Shown here: positions 48,883 to 59,766 of the stretch, in pieces
Layout of the letters: each line of letters begins with the position of its first letter
Position numbering within the stretch: position 1 is the stretch's first letter
IMG/VR virus record: IMGVR_UViG_3300028364_000013
DNA: 64,000 bases
Origin: a virus
Taxonomy: Duplodnaviria > Caudoviricetes
Direction: 5' to 3' (one strand)
The notes under the pieces: generated by a model
Told to the model about the DNA's origin: nothing
Databases searched by the model: none
The model's input: the letters and a program-made list of their open reading frames with translations, nothing else
Made by a program: the position numbers and the translations under genes

Positions 48883-49847
48883 TTAAATTTATCCCATTTA
48901 TGTGTACAAATAAACTTATTTTCCTTAATAAATCCAATTAAATAATCAATAACAATTGGATTATATATTCTAAGTCTAAAATAGGAATCTTTTTGTTTTA
49001 AAGCTTTTTTACTCAAAGTTACATTAAAAATATCTTCTAAGCGTTTTATCCAATATTTTAATATTAACTTCCAATTTTCATGAGAAGTAATAGTTATACA
49101 TCTCGAATTTTTCTTGCTTAAATATAAACTACCATCTCCATCAATGAATCCTATTAAAAAACTTAAAAAATTTTCATCTGACATTTTATTAAAAACACTC
49201 AAAGAAGGCGGGAAATATGTTTTAGTTTTTTCTCCCTTTTTATAATTTATATCATACTTTTTATTTATCAAAGGAATTACTTTTGAATCTTTTAAATAAC
49301 ATATAGCGCTCCCATTACTAACTGTATCAACTCCTAATATATTTACTTTTTTCACTTCATCGTATAGTTTAATATTTTTACAACCAATATAATTAGCAAA
49401 ACCAATAACAACTTCCTTATTTTTCATACACTGATTCAGTTGTATCTTTTTATTTGTAAAATATCCATCAGCAAATAATAGACCTATGTAATAATATGTT
49501 TTAACACTCTCATTCAATAGAATTTCAACATTAGAGTCTCTCATTGTTGAATATTGGTATTCTGCTCTTTTTAATTTTAATTTTTTAGCTTTTGCTAAAA
49601 TAGAGCTCCAACTTCTGTTTTCCAAAAGTTTCAATAATTTTTCAGAAGAAGAGTTTGAATAGTATTTTATTATAATATTCTCTTCCATTTCTGACCATAA
49701 ATTTTCTTCTGTTATTCCAAGTGCTTTTTTTCTATTTTTTACAGAGGGAATTGTTCTTCCAACTAATTCAGCTAAATACTTAATTGGAGATTCTATATTG
49801 TTTTTTAAAATAAAATCCTCCTGCTCTGTCCATCTTTTGTTTTTCAT
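48879..49847 (-). mobile_element. Free-standing LAGLIDADG homing endonuclease gene
   Basis: YYIGLLFADGYF and FLIGFIDGDGSL; N-terminal WTxxED repeats. Confidence 0.85.
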
Positions 49848-49909
49848 ATTACATGTATTTTATTATAAATACATGAAAATTTTTAAACCAAGCCGTCTGT
49901 GGTACTAAT

Positions 49910-52249
49910 TCAATTGTTAGCTTCATCTTCTTTTTTACTTAAATCTTTATCAACTCGAACGATTCTCGTTCCTCTCTTAAAATTAACATAACCTTTTTCG
50001 TTCTTTTCAAACTCAGCAACATAAATGCCATTGGCAGCAAGGAGTGGTTGTAGAGATTTCGCAACTGGGTCGAAAGCTCTAAGTGTTGTGAAACTAATTC
50101 CATCACCAACTCTCATTGTTAAATATTCTTTTCCATTCTTACTCATAGAAACCTTAAAGGTATCTACCACAAAAATGTAGAAATCATTATCATCAAAATT
50201 AATAATTGTCTCAACAAGCTTATCTCTCTTAGCTCTCTTGTTTACATCAGCCTTTATGTCCTGAATGTACTTTATTTTTTCAAGGTCAAAATTACACACC
50301 TCAAGGAAATCTGTTCTTTTCGATGCCCAGTTTGTTGGAGGATATTTGTTCTCTTCTTTTTTAACTGGAATGTCAAAAGCTTCGTCATTCATATCAAACA
50401 AAACAGTTTGATTTGCGTTTACTTTCTTTTTCTTTTTTGTCTTAGACTTAAGGTCAGCAAGCTGTTCTCTTGAATCGCTCCAATCATCAAATACGCCAGC
50501 TTTAAGGCAAGCTTCAAAAGCACTTTTATTAAACTTGCTAAACGGCAATCTAAAGAACAAACTCATACTCACAGTCTCAAGGGTTTTTTTCTCCTGACCT
50601 TCTTTGACTTTTATTTCTTTAATCAAATCAAGCATCTCTTCGTATGCAATTGGGCCCAATCCGTTAATACCAGAGAATCCCATAGAAATTTCGTGCTCAC
50701 CAGTCATTGTCCATCTCCATCCAGACTTTCTTGATGGCATCTTTATCTCAATCCCTTTTGACATCGCAGAAGCAATTGCAGAACCAATCCAAGCTTGCTG
50801 TTTTTCTTTGTTACCAGACTTAGGGTGATTTAGAAGGGCGGTATAAAACTCGGTTGGGTAGTAGTGTTTTAAATACAAAGTTTGCATCGCCAAATAACTA
50901 TATGAAAGTGCATGAGACTTATTGAATGAGTATCCAAGGTATTGAATTACCCAATCTTTAATTTTATCTACATCACCTTTGTCATAACCTTGAGCTGCAG
51001 CCCCATCTAAGAACATGTTCCAATACTGCTGGAAACCTTTCCAGTTCTTGTCGTTTTTCTCTGTATCAGTTAGCGTCTCTCCCGCTGAATTTCTTGCAAT
51101 AATTTTAGATGCCTTATCCATATACCTTCTAAGCATATCTCCTTTACCAAGACCCATTCCACCAATCTTATCAGCAATAAACATAAGTTGTTCCTGAAAC
51201 ACAAGTACTCCATTCGTTTCTCCAAGAATCGGCTTCAACGCAGGGTGGATATATTTAATCTTCTCTGGGTTGAATTTGTTTACGATAAACTCTTCGTGTG
51301 CGCCAATTCCCATTGGGCCTGGACGATACAGTGCGTTGGCAGCAACAAGTTCTTCAAATTTATCAACTGCAATACCTCTAATAAGATTGTTCATACCATG
51401 ACTCTCAAACTGAAATATCCCATGATTAAGACCAAGCCTTAATTCTGTAAATAACTTTGGGTCTTCAAGGTCAACGTAATCAACTTTTTGAGAAATATCT
51501 TCTCCCGTTGTTCTTTTTACAATGTCAACAGTTTCCTTAATTACATTTAAGGTTTCTAATTTTAATCTATCCAATTTTAGAATCCCAAGTGCTGAAAGGT
51601 CTTTTCCAGACTTATCCGCCTCCTGAAACGCTGTAACAACACTTCCGTTGGATGTGATTACATTGGTTGGAATATAATCCCAAGATAACCCTGGTGTAAT
51701 TACAACTCCTGCAGCATGCTGTCCAATACCTCTAATGTTTCCATGAAGCTGGAGAGCAGTCTCAATCATCTCCTTATTTTTTGGCTCTCTAATCCAATTT
51801 CTAACTTCTGGACTACACTCTGGTTTATCTGGCCAAGTTTCAAACCAATGCCTAAGAGTGTCGTTGTAATTTAAGAAGTTCGGCATCTCCTTTGTTAATT
51901 TAAACACTCCAGAATCAAACCCAGTAGCATCGCTTCCACGATATGCACGAACAACATCCTTAATTGTATTCTTCTCAGAAAATGTAGAAAAAGTAGCAAC
52001 AGACATAACACGTTCTTTTCCATACTTGTCTTGTAGGAATTGATTTGTTACATCATCTGTACCTGTCATAAAATCAATATCAATATCGGGAGGAGAATTG
52101 TGAATTAAAACACTTGAAATCAATGAGTTATAGCAATCATCTAAAGTTTTACTTGAACTGTAAAAAAGATTATCTTTATCAAAAGATAAATCATAAACCT
52201 TATTTTTATAATCAATTTTATTTATTGATTTTATTTTTGATAATCTCAT
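49910..52249 (-). CDS. dnaE: DNA polymerase III alpha, C-terminal fragment led by a split-intein C half
   Basis: IntC ending LIHN then SPPDIDIDF, HAAGVVI, GIFQFES, LYRPGP, YSFNKSHA. Confidence 0.93.
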   Translation of the reverse strand: MRLSKIKSINKIDYKNKVYDLSFDKDNLFYSSSKTLDDCYNSLISSVLIHNSPPDIDIDFMTGTDDVTNQFLQDKYGKERVMSVATFSTFSEKNTIKDVVRAYRGSDATGFDSGVFKLTKEMPNFLNYNDTLRHWFETWPDKPECSPEVRNWIREPKNKEMIETALQLHGNIRGIGQHAAGVVITPGLSWDYIPTNVITSNGSVVTAFQEADKSGKDLSALGILKLDRLKLETLNVIKETVDIVKRTTGEDISQKVDYVDLEDPKLFTELRLGLNHGIFQFESHGMNNLIRGIAVDKFEELVAANALYRPGPMGIGAHEEFIVNKFNPEKIKYIHPALKPILGETNGVLVFQEQLMFIADKIGGMGLGKGDMLRRYMDKASKIIARNSAGETLTDTEKNDKNWKGFQQYWNMFLDGAAAQGYDKGDVDKIKDWVIQYLGYSFNKSHALSYSYLAMQTLYLKHYYPTEFYTALLNHPKSGNKEKQQAWIGSAIASAMSKGIEIKMPSRKSGWRWTMTGEHEISMGFSGINGLGPIAYEEMLDLIKEIKVKEGQEKKTLETVSMSLFFRLPFSKFNKSAFEACLKAGVFDDWSDSREQLADLKSKTKKKKKVNANQTVLFDMNDEAFDIPVKKEENKYPPTNWASKRTDFLEVCNFDLEKIKYIQDIKADVNKRAKRDKLVETIINFDDNDFYIFVVDTFKVSMSKNGKEYLTMRVGDGISFTTLRAFDPVAKSLQPLLAANGIYVAEFEKNEKGYVNFKRGTRIVRVDKDLSKKEDEANN
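52097..52249 (-). mobile_element. Split intein C-terminal half (51 aa)
   Basis: MRLSKIKSINKIDYKNKVYDLSF...SSVLIHN followed by Ser+1. Confidence 0.85.
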
Positions 52250-53325
52250 AATTTACTTGCTTCTATTTGACTTTTTATATATACTAAAACATTTTCTTTA
52301 TTATCCTTCCAGTCTTTTTCCCAAATTTCTATATAACTACAATTAATAACACTTATAATTTCATTCTTTCTTTTTCTATCATCTCTCCAAATCTCAGATG
52401 CCAATCTTTTTTTGTTTTTATGATAAAAATCATGACTATAAATCATTGGATTACAATGCCAATAATCACCCATAATTTCAATAGCTATATTGTGTTCATT
52501 ATTATAATAATCAAGTTTATAAAATTTACTTTTGTTTACAATTAAAACTTTTTGACCAAATTCAGAATTATAATGATAAGAATCGTTTAATCCTAAATTT
52601 TGTAATTCTAAAATAATTTCCCTCTCCAAGTTAGAGGATTCTCCTAAGTTTTTATTTGTTTTTTTAGCATTTTCCATTTGCCACTCTTTATCCATAAACA
52701 AATTATCTACTCCAAACTTATCCTGCATAGTCATTGTTACAGCTGAATAATGACAACCACGCTCCAAGAACCAACTCACACCATACCTATCATCCATGGT
52801 CTTAGAAATCTTATCCTTAATCTTCTTATATTGAATTGGTGCCTTAAGACCAGTTGTTCCAAGATTTTTATTCAAAGACTTTTCATATTGACTTCTATAC
52901 TCTTTAGTCTTATAATAAAGTGATTTATAATCTTTCTCAGATAATACGTGTCCATTAGACCAGAATTTAATACCCTTTCTTGATGGGTGTAGGTCTATTA
53001 GCTCATCTTTCTCGGAAAACTTATTGTACATTTTAACCTTTGACTCAGTTAATGAATAATCCTGGTTTCCACACTTAATAAGAACAGCACTGTGTCCTCT
53101 TGGTCCTTTTCCAAAATAGCAATCTTCAACAATTCCGATAAAACTTTCTTTATTGTACAATTCTTTTCCAATTAAATTTTCAATAGAAACCGATAATTTA
53201 CTTTTATATGGCCATATTTCTATTTCGTTATTATCAGCTTTTTTAAAGTCAAAAAACTCACACAACCCAGCAACTAAATCACTCTGACCATCGAACTCAA
53301 TATTTAACAACTCTTCTTTTTTCAT
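52246..53325 (-). mobile_element. Free-standing PD-(D/E)XK-type endonuclease gene between the split-intein halves
   Basis: TMDDRYGVSWF/TMQDKFGVDN repeats, YKLDYYNNEHNIAIEIMGDYWHCNP, EIWEKDW; start MKKEELL at 53325 after TATTTATA. Confidence 0.75.
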
Positions 53326-53382
53326 AATTATAAAATCTGTATCTATAAATATAGATAAAAACTTCAAACGATATTTGTATTT

Positions 53383-55584
53383 TTAAAACACAAACAATTG
53401 GTCGCTCTCCATAATACCATCTACACGAACTTCAATTCTCTCGCCATCCCTAAAAACAGGAACAATATGGCACCCAGTCAACTCAACTATAGCTCCATCT
53501 TCAGTTTCAATTTCATAAACATTCTCGTTTTCCTTAAGCTCTCTCTCGTGCTTTTGAACCAAGGTTCCAAGTCCGTGTTCTGTCTGAACTGGGTCTCCAA
53601 CCTCTACTTCAACGATGTTCTTATAAGAGCCATCTTTCATCATGACATTGCAGTTTGATGTTAAACAGTTTCTTTCTGGATTTAGGAAACGCTCAAAATA
53701 AAGATTAAACCTTATTGGGTCAATCTTTGTAATATCAAGACACCACGACAATAGACTTCCTGCTGCAGAACCTCTGGCTGGGCCAATGTCATGACCTTCG
53801 TTTCTGTAGAAATTAATAATCTCCCAGTTTACAAGAAAGTAATCAAGCATCTTCTTTGATTCAATAATACTAATCTCATAATTAAGACGGTCAACATACT
53901 CATTAACCTTTTCATCGGTCATCTCAACGATTCCATTTTTCTTATATATCTCAACTTTTTGCTTTAACTTAATAAACGCAAGTTTTACAATAATCTCCTC
54001 TGGCTTATCTGTGCCAAAATATTCTATTATTTTTTCAGTTGGCTCATATCTTGGATATTTCTCAGTACCAGTATCAAATTCAAAATTACACCTATCAGCT
54101 ATAATGTTTGTATTTTTCATACAAAGTTCAAGAAACTTTTCAGGATACTTAAATCCATACTTTTCGTTCATTTCTCTATAGTCATCGCTATTGAAGTAGT
54201 ATAACTCTCTGTTTTCTTTCAGAGAACAATAGGCAAGCATACGATGTTGCTTAATAGATGTAACTACATCTTGAAGCTTTGAATCCTCTCTTCTTGGATA
54301 GTAGGTGTCATTGCTCATTACTGGAAGCAATTTATACTTACTCATCATTTTAATCAAGAAGTTGTTATACTGCTTCTGAGTGGCGAACTTACTAAACTTA
54401 AACTCCACTATCAAATCTTCTCCAAACTCGCTCCTAAGCATGTTAAGATAGTTCTCTGCGTCAATAACCTTTCCTTTAAGAACCAGGTTTGCTAATTTAC
54501 TATCAAGACCTGAGGTAGATATTATTAAACCCTCTTTATATTTCAAAAGCCACTCTGTAGTTATTCTTGATTCTTTCTTAAATAACCCCTCTGTGTTTGC
54601 GAGGTATATCAAATGATTCAGATTTCTATATCCAATTTCATTTTTTATGAAAATCTTTATTTTATAATTATCTCCCTCAAGCTCTCTGTCTTCAAATTTT
54701 CCAATATTGTCATTCAAGAAAGACTCGACACCAAAAACTGGTTTAATCCCTTTTGACTTACATTTATTGAAGAATTCAAATGAACCAGATAATGTTGAGT
54801 TATCTGTTATTGCCATTGAGGTGTGGCCATACTCTTTTGCAAGCTTAATATACTCGTCTACAGAACCAGCTCCATCAAGAATAGAGTGAAATGTATGGAG
54901 ACCAAGTGGAGTTACTCGGATTGAATCGCCCGCTTGCATAGGTTTCTCTTCTGCAACTTTAGTAAGAGAATCCATTAAATCTTCTGCGCCCTCTTCTTCT
55001 TTGAATCCAAGGATGCCTATTCTTTGAAGTTCGAAAAAACATTTTGCAAGCGCAGTAACATCCGCAAGTGCATCGTGAGCATCTTCGAATCCTTTGTCAA
55101 ATAATTTTTGGTGAAGTTCTGTTTGAGAAGGAAATTTCATCCCACTCCTACCTCTTTTGTTTGGAATTGCCACGAAGTCAGTTGTGAGCTTCATGGTGTC
55201 AATGTGATTTATGTCTGGAATGCAGTTGTACATTCCCTCTCTAAGGAATTCACAGCCTGTTACATTTTCATCAAAGGAAATGTTGTGAGCAATAAGATGC
55301 TTATTGTTCTTTACAGCTTCTGAAAACTTTTCAAGCGCCTGCCTCAAAGGAACTCCATCCTCTTTAGCTCTCTCGTTTGTAATCCTATGAATCGCTATTG
55401 CTTCATCAGGAATCCTAAACCCTTGAGGTTTAATAATTAAATTCTGAGAATCTGTCTCTACACCATTCGCATCAAAGATTTTCCAAGCAATCTGAACCAT
55501 TCTTGGCCAGTTGTTAAAATCAGTAATTGGTGCGCTAAAATTCTTTGCCTTACCAGTTGTTTCGGTATCAAATACTATATACAT
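53383..55584 (-). CDS. dnaE: DNA polymerase III alpha, N-terminal fragment (DEDDh exonuclease + PHP + polymerase start) ending in a split-intein N half
   Basis: MYIVFDTETTG...HDALADV, LHTFHS, GPARGSAAGSLL, LYFERFLNPERN then CLT. Confidence 0.93.
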   Translation of the reverse strand: MYIVFDTETTGKAKNFSAPITDFNNWPRMVQIAWKIFDANGVETDSQNLIIKPQGFRIPDEAIAIHRITNERAKEDGVPLRQALEKFSEAVKNNKHLIAHNISFDENVTGCEFLREGMYNCIPDINHIDTMKLTTDFVAIPNKRGRSGMKFPSQTELHQKLFDKGFEDAHDALADVTALAKCFFELQRIGILGFKEEEGAEDLMDSLTKVAEEKPMQAGDSIRVTPLGLHTFHSILDGAGSVDEYIKLAKEYGHTSMAITDNSTLSGSFEFFNKCKSKGIKPVFGVESFLNDNIGKFEDRELEGDNYKIKIFIKNEIGYRNLNHLIYLANTEGLFKKESRITTEWLLKYKEGLIISTSGLDSKLANLVLKGKVIDAENYLNMLRSEFGEDLIVEFKFSKFATQKQYNNFLIKMMSKYKLLPVMSNDTYYPRREDSKLQDVVTSIKQHRMLAYCSLKENRELYYFNSDDYREMNEKYGFKYPEKFLELCMKNTNIIADRCNFEFDTGTEKYPRYEPTEKIIEYFGTDKPEEIIVKLAFIKLKQKVEIYKKNGIVEMTDEKVNEYVDRLNYEISIIESKKMLDYFLVNWEIINFYRNEGHDIGPARGSAAGSLLSWCLDITKIDPIRFNLYFERFLNPERNCLTSNCNVMMKDGSYKNIVEVEVGDPVQTEHGLGTLVQKHERELKENENVYEIETEDGAIVELTGCHIVPVFRDGERIEVRVDGIMESDQLFVF
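53386..53667 (-). mobile_element. Split intein N-terminal half (94 aa)
   Basis: CLTSNCNVMMKDGSYKNIVEVEVGD (block A) and VYEIETEDGAIVELTGCHIV (block B TxxH). Confidence 0.88.
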
Positions 55585-55629
55585 ATGTTTTTTTTGTTTG
55601 TTGGATTACTTTCTAACTCCAACGTTATG

Positions 55630-55661
55630 CAAAACTATGTACTTTTTATTTACTAAACAAA
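55630..55661 (-). promoter_or_regulatory. Bacteroidota sigma-A type promoter TTTG-N20-TAGTTTTG upstream of dnaE-N
   Basis: Plus strand CAAAACTA 55630-55637 and CAAA 55658-55661. Confidence 0.7.
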
Positions 55662-55665
55662 CTTT

Positions 55666-55914
55666 TTACTCATAATCACTTTCATAATCTTGCTTTGTCA
55701 TCTGAATTTTAGATTGTATTTCTTTTAAAATACCTATCATTCTCCTACAACTACGCCTTGCATCAACGCCTGCGGCTTTGACTTTATTAGGTCCAAAAAA
55801 CTTTTTTATTCGCTCGTCAAACCCTTCAAGTTCGTCAAGAAAATTTACAACATCTTTCTTTGCTCCGTACTCGTCATTCTTATTCCAACCTTCATAATAA
55901 CTCTTATCAAGCAT
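55666..55914 (-). CDS. Small helical protein of the Bacteroidota 'histone H1-like' type
   Basis: ELEGFDERIKKFFGPNKVKAAGVDARRSCRRMIGILKEIQ resembles the KF...N.AAG.R.RK family. Confidence 0.55.
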   Translation of the reverse strand: MLDKSYYEGWNKNDEYGAKKDVVNFLDELEGFDERIKKFFGPNKVKAAGVDARRSCRRMIGILKEIQSKIQMTKQDYESDYE

Positions 55915-57922
55915 TGTTGTTGTTTTTCCTGTTTCTTAAGAATATTTCAATATCATTCATGAGTATTCCGCTATCTTTTGATACCTTGTCAGAACCATCA
56001 ATAAGAGGGTTTGCTTTTTTAACAACCTCTTGGATTACGGTTCTACCTATTCCAGTAGAGCTACTATTCATGCTGTCAATTAACCTCTTAGACTCAAGAT
56101 TCATTGATTTACTTCTCTTTATCAAAGCGTTGTCTTCAACGTCAACCTTTTTGCTCGAAACCTCATCTGGGCCCAATAGTTCATTAAGCATGTTTCCAAC
56201 ATATTTGTCAGAAACTCTTTGTGCTTTTCTAAATCTATTTTCAGCAATAGGAACTTCTTCGGCTGCAGCGTCTTCTCCGCCTTCAGCGCCCATGTCAAGC
56301 TCATCAGCTCCGCCCATGTCCATTCCACCAAGGTCGCCTCCAAGACCTCCGCCTCCGCCACCAAGGTCGCCTCCGCCATCTTCATCTCCACCTTCTTGTT
56401 GAGCTTGCATCATTTCCTCAGCGCCTTCAATTTCAAATTTGTCATCAAGGTCTTTGAAAAGTCCAATTTTCTTATACATTTCAACGGCTGAATCAATTTC
56501 TGCAAATATTTTCTTCTCAACTTTTTTCTGCTTAAGAATAAGTTTGATTTCAGATTTAGAAAATCCAAGTATGTTTTCCATCGCCCAAACATAAGACACT
56601 GGTGATGTCGCTTCAGCAGAGAACATTTCCTTAAATACCTCAAGACGAGCTTTCATTGTTTCCAACTTCAACAACTCTTGCTGAGTCGATGGATTGGTTA
56701 ATGTAAGTGTAAAATTATCTATATCATCCTTAAACCCGTTAAAGTAAAGGTGGATGTTTGCAATCCTTTTAAGCTCAGCAAGCACTGCTTGTTGAATTGT
56801 ATTAATTGTTCTTGCAAACCTAAGGTCTTGTTGAGACAAAGTTGAACCTCCTGGCATAGACTCTCCATAGTTCAAATAATTCTTAGGAACCTGAAGTGAT
56901 GCAAACAATTTATTTTGCAAGTATTCAATATCTTGAATATCTCCAAGATTAGATGCTCCTGGAAGTGTTTCAATTCTTGATGACCTGTCAGCTCTCATTG
57001 GAATAAAGTAATCCTCAGTTACGTTCATTGGATTGTACTTCAAATTCATGTTACCAGTCTTCTGGTCAACGATAGGCTGTTTCTTAAGTTGTATCTGGAA
57101 TTGTTGTACGAATTGTGCAACATCAGCGTGCTCTAAGTTACCTACATCAATATAAAACACTCTTCTCTCTGGTGCTCTTGTAATTCTGTATACAAGCATA
57201 GAATCTTCGGCCAATTGTAATTGTTTCCAAAGTTTTCTCGCTGGGTCAAGAATAGAACGCCCATAAGGAAGTTGCCCTGTATCTTCAAGAAGTCTAAAGT
57301 GTGCAACTTGCCAATCTTCAAAATAATCTCCAGTAGTTTCCCATCTAAATCTTGTGTTATCTGTTTTACCATCAAAACCTTCTTCTCTATGAATTTCTTG
57401 TGACGGCAAGGCCATAACTTCATAAATACCTTCGTCTTTATCAATATGAAGGTGAAGAAAGAAATCTCCATACTTAAGTAAGTCTCTAATCCATAATTTA
57501 AGAGCAAAATCTATATCAATCCTGTTATAAAACAAATCTTCAAGAACCGTCTTTACTCTTGAATTCTCTGAAAATATATCAAGAATTTTACCTTTTTCTC
57601 CTCTGGTAATACACTCATCTCTAATAATATTAAGAGCTGCCGCAATCTCTGGAGATTGGTCCATTGCTCTAAAATCCTGATAAGCATTAATCCTATCGGT
57701 ATCGTAGTATATAGTTCTCGTATAAAGGTCATTGGCTATTTTATTAACCTGCCAATCAAGAAATTGTTGCTGAACGTTTTCAACACTATTACCTTGGTTG
57801 ATTAGTCCGTTACCAACATTTTGAACCACACCTGGTTGTTGAACTTGTGGAGTTCTTTTTTTATTTCTATTGATTGCGTCAGTTACACCGCCAAATACAC
57901 TGTTTAAATTATCGTTTGCCAT
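55907..57922 (-). CDS. Portal protein (T4 gp20-like)
   Basis: MDQSPEIAAALNII, YGDFFL, QLQLAEDSMLVYRITRAPERRVFYIDVGNL, EDYFIP, IETLPGASNLGDIQDIEY. Confidence 0.95.
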   Translation of the reverse strand: MANDNLNSVFGGVTDAINRNKKRTPQVQQPGVVQNVGNGLINQGNSVENVQQQFLDWQVNKIANDLYTRTIYYDTDRINAYQDFRAMDQSPEIAAALNIIRDECITRGEKGKILDIFSENSRVKTVLEDLFYNRIDIDFALKLWIRDLLKYGDFFLHLHIDKDEGIYEVMALPSQEIHREEGFDGKTDNTRFRWETTGDYFEDWQVAHFRLLEDTGQLPYGRSILDPARKLWKQLQLAEDSMLVYRITRAPERRVFYIDVGNLEHADVAQFVQQFQIQLKKQPIVDQKTGNMNLKYNPMNVTEDYFIPMRADRSSRIETLPGASNLGDIQDIEYLQNKLFASLQVPKNYLNYGESMPGGSTLSQQDLRFARTINTIQQAVLAELKRIANIHLYFNGFKDDIDNFTLTLTNPSTQQELLKLETMKARLEVFKEMFSAEATSPVSYVWAMENILGFSKSEIKLILKQKKVEKKIFAEIDSAVEMYKKIGLFKDLDDKFEIEGAEEMMQAQQEGGDEDGGGDLGGGGGGLGGDLGGMDMGGADELDMGAEGGEDAAAEEVPIAENRFRKAQRVSDKYVGNMLNELLGPDEVSSKKVDVEDNALIKRSKSMNLESKRLIDSMNSSSTGIGRTVIQEVVKKANPLIDGSDKVSKDSGILMNDIEIFLRNRKNNNNA

Positions 57923-57972
57923 CTATGCACGTTTTTATAAAATATAAATAATTGATATTGTAAAATAAATAG

Positions 57973-59718
57973 TTATCCCAATAACCAACTTAAATCATCG
58001 TCATCTTCCATGTTTGAGCCTCCCCCGTTAACGTTGCTACCAACGTCTCCATTAAATATGAACAAACCACCTCCTCCTTTGGAGCTTGTCTCTTTGTTTA
58101 TAGGTTTTTTTATTGCTCCTACAGATGAGTTTGCGTTTAACATCATTGCGTTAAGCATACTTTTGGTCATCTCAGTAGATGATGTAACGTTTTCAAATTC
58201 TGTATCCCTAATATAAAGAGCGATACCAAGCGCCATAATTAAATCATCATTAGCACCTTTCTCATGTTCTGGCTTGTCTCCATTCATAATAAATGTCTGG
58301 AACTCAAGCATAAGTTTTTTAGAGTGAAGAATAAGAGAACCTTCTCTCATGTGTTCAATAATAGCTTTCACAAGAAGCACTCTGTTTTTTCTCGATGTTT
58401 GGAATCCTGGGATTTCAGTTCCTTCATTAACTTTGTAGCTATAATGCCTTACGTGAATGTCTTTTATATTTTTAGAAAAATATAACCTATTTCTTGGGTA
58501 CTTGAATTTATCTCTAACATCAAAACAAACACCAAGTCCGAATGAGTTTGCCTCAATTACAACATAAGCTGTTCCATACATTTTTCCAACTGCATTGATT
58601 ACAAATGGAAATAGGTCGGGCCCTATCTTGTCTCTATACTCCGCAACTTGCTCTAATGTTTCTACATCAAGAACTTGTATTGTGGAGTAATCCTGACCAT
58701 CACCCCTGGCGACATCAGCTGCAAGTATATATCTCGCCCCTTCTTCTGGTCTCTTAAAAATTGAAAGCGTGGTTTGTTCAGTTGTAAGATTTGCAAACTT
58801 AGAAACATCATCCTTTTCCATGAAGTCAAATCTAATATAAGCCTCTGGAGTACAATCTTTTTCAACAAGCGCATGATATTTAGAAACAAGCTGAGCATCA
58901 ACAGCAAGCCTTTTCGACCCTTCAAACGAAAGGTCAAGCTCTTGTGCAATCTGAACTGAATCCCAAGTAAGCCTTTTACACTGAGCTTCATACCAAGGGC
59001 TCCAAGGTACATCGTTTCCGTTTGAGTCTTTTTTGTATTCTAATCCTGCAGCACTATTTGGATTTTCTGTCCAGTGAACCGTTTGAGCATGAAAGTCACT
59101 ATCTCCATTAACTGTTTCACGCCAAGTTTTATAATACAATCCAGATGTACCATTTGGTGTAGAAATCATAATACACTTTCCACCCGTAGCAGAAAGTGCC
59201 ATACCAGCTCCCATCCAAATTGCCTCGTCATCTTTAATAAAAGCAGTTTCATCAAGAATCAACATTGTAAGTGAATCTCCACGACCAGCATTCGGACTTG
59301 ACGCTTTTGCTTCTGCATAAGAGTTATTTGAAAACGCAATCTTTTTTTGATTATCTTGTTCAATAGCTTCTGGTTTAAGCCAAATAGGAGTATGCTCAAT
59401 AAATTGCTTTACAGTTTCAAGGAAACGAACAGCTCCAGCGCCATCATTGGCAATGATTAGAATTTTTTCATCATATCTAAACAAAAGCCTCCAAGCAACA
59501 TATCCTGCAGTAATAACCGAAAGACCTGTTTGTCTGGACTTTAAAATAATATTATTTTGATATTCGTGAAAGTTTCTTAGACAATCGTTTTGATATTCGA
59601 AACACGTCATTTGTGTAACCTGCTTTTCTTTTGCATTAAACACATATCCATATGTATTCATATAATACACTGGGTCTGCCGCACACTTTGCGAATTCTAA
59701 CATTTGATTATTAACCAT
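57973..59718 (-). CDS. terL: Terminase large subunit (T4 gp17-like)
   Basis: IILKSRQTGLS, LILDETAF, MISTPNG, ADVARGDGQDYS, VIEANSFG, NDDLIMALGI. Confidence 0.95.
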   Translation of the reverse strand: MVNNQMLEFAKCAADPVYYMNTYGYVFNAKEKQVTQMTCFEYQNDCLRNFHEYQNNIILKSRQTGLSVITAGYVAWRLLFRYDEKILIIANDGAGAVRFLETVKQFIEHTPIWLKPEAIEQDNQKKIAFSNNSYAEAKASSPNAGRGDSLTMLILDETAFIKDDEAIWMGAGMALSATGGKCIMISTPNGTSGLYYKTWRETVNGDSDFHAQTVHWTENPNSAAGLEYKKDSNGNDVPWSPWYEAQCKRLTWDSVQIAQELDLSFEGSKRLAVDAQLVSKYHALVEKDCTPEAYIRFDFMEKDDVSKFANLTTEQTTLSIFKRPEEGARYILAADVARGDGQDYSTIQVLDVETLEQVAEYRDKIGPDLFPFVINAVGKMYGTAYVVIEANSFGLGVCFDVRDKFKYPRNRLYFSKNIKDIHVRHYSYKVNEGTEIPGFQTSRKNRVLLVKAIIEHMREGSLILHSKKLMLEFQTFIMNGDKPEHEKGANDDLIMALGIALYIRDTEFENVTSSTEMTKSMLNAMMLNANSSVGAIKKPINKETSSKGGGGLFIFNGDVGSNVNGGGSNMEDDDDLSWLLG

Positions 59719-59766
59719 ACTTATTTATTTTATAATAAATAGGGGTAAAAAATGAGTTCGAGATAA

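Noticed and set aside
52246-53367. A single contiguous intein broken by sequencing errors
   Set aside because: IntN ends with a stop, IntC has its own Met start, and the middle ORF has its own promoter motif and a non-LAGLIDADG nuclease
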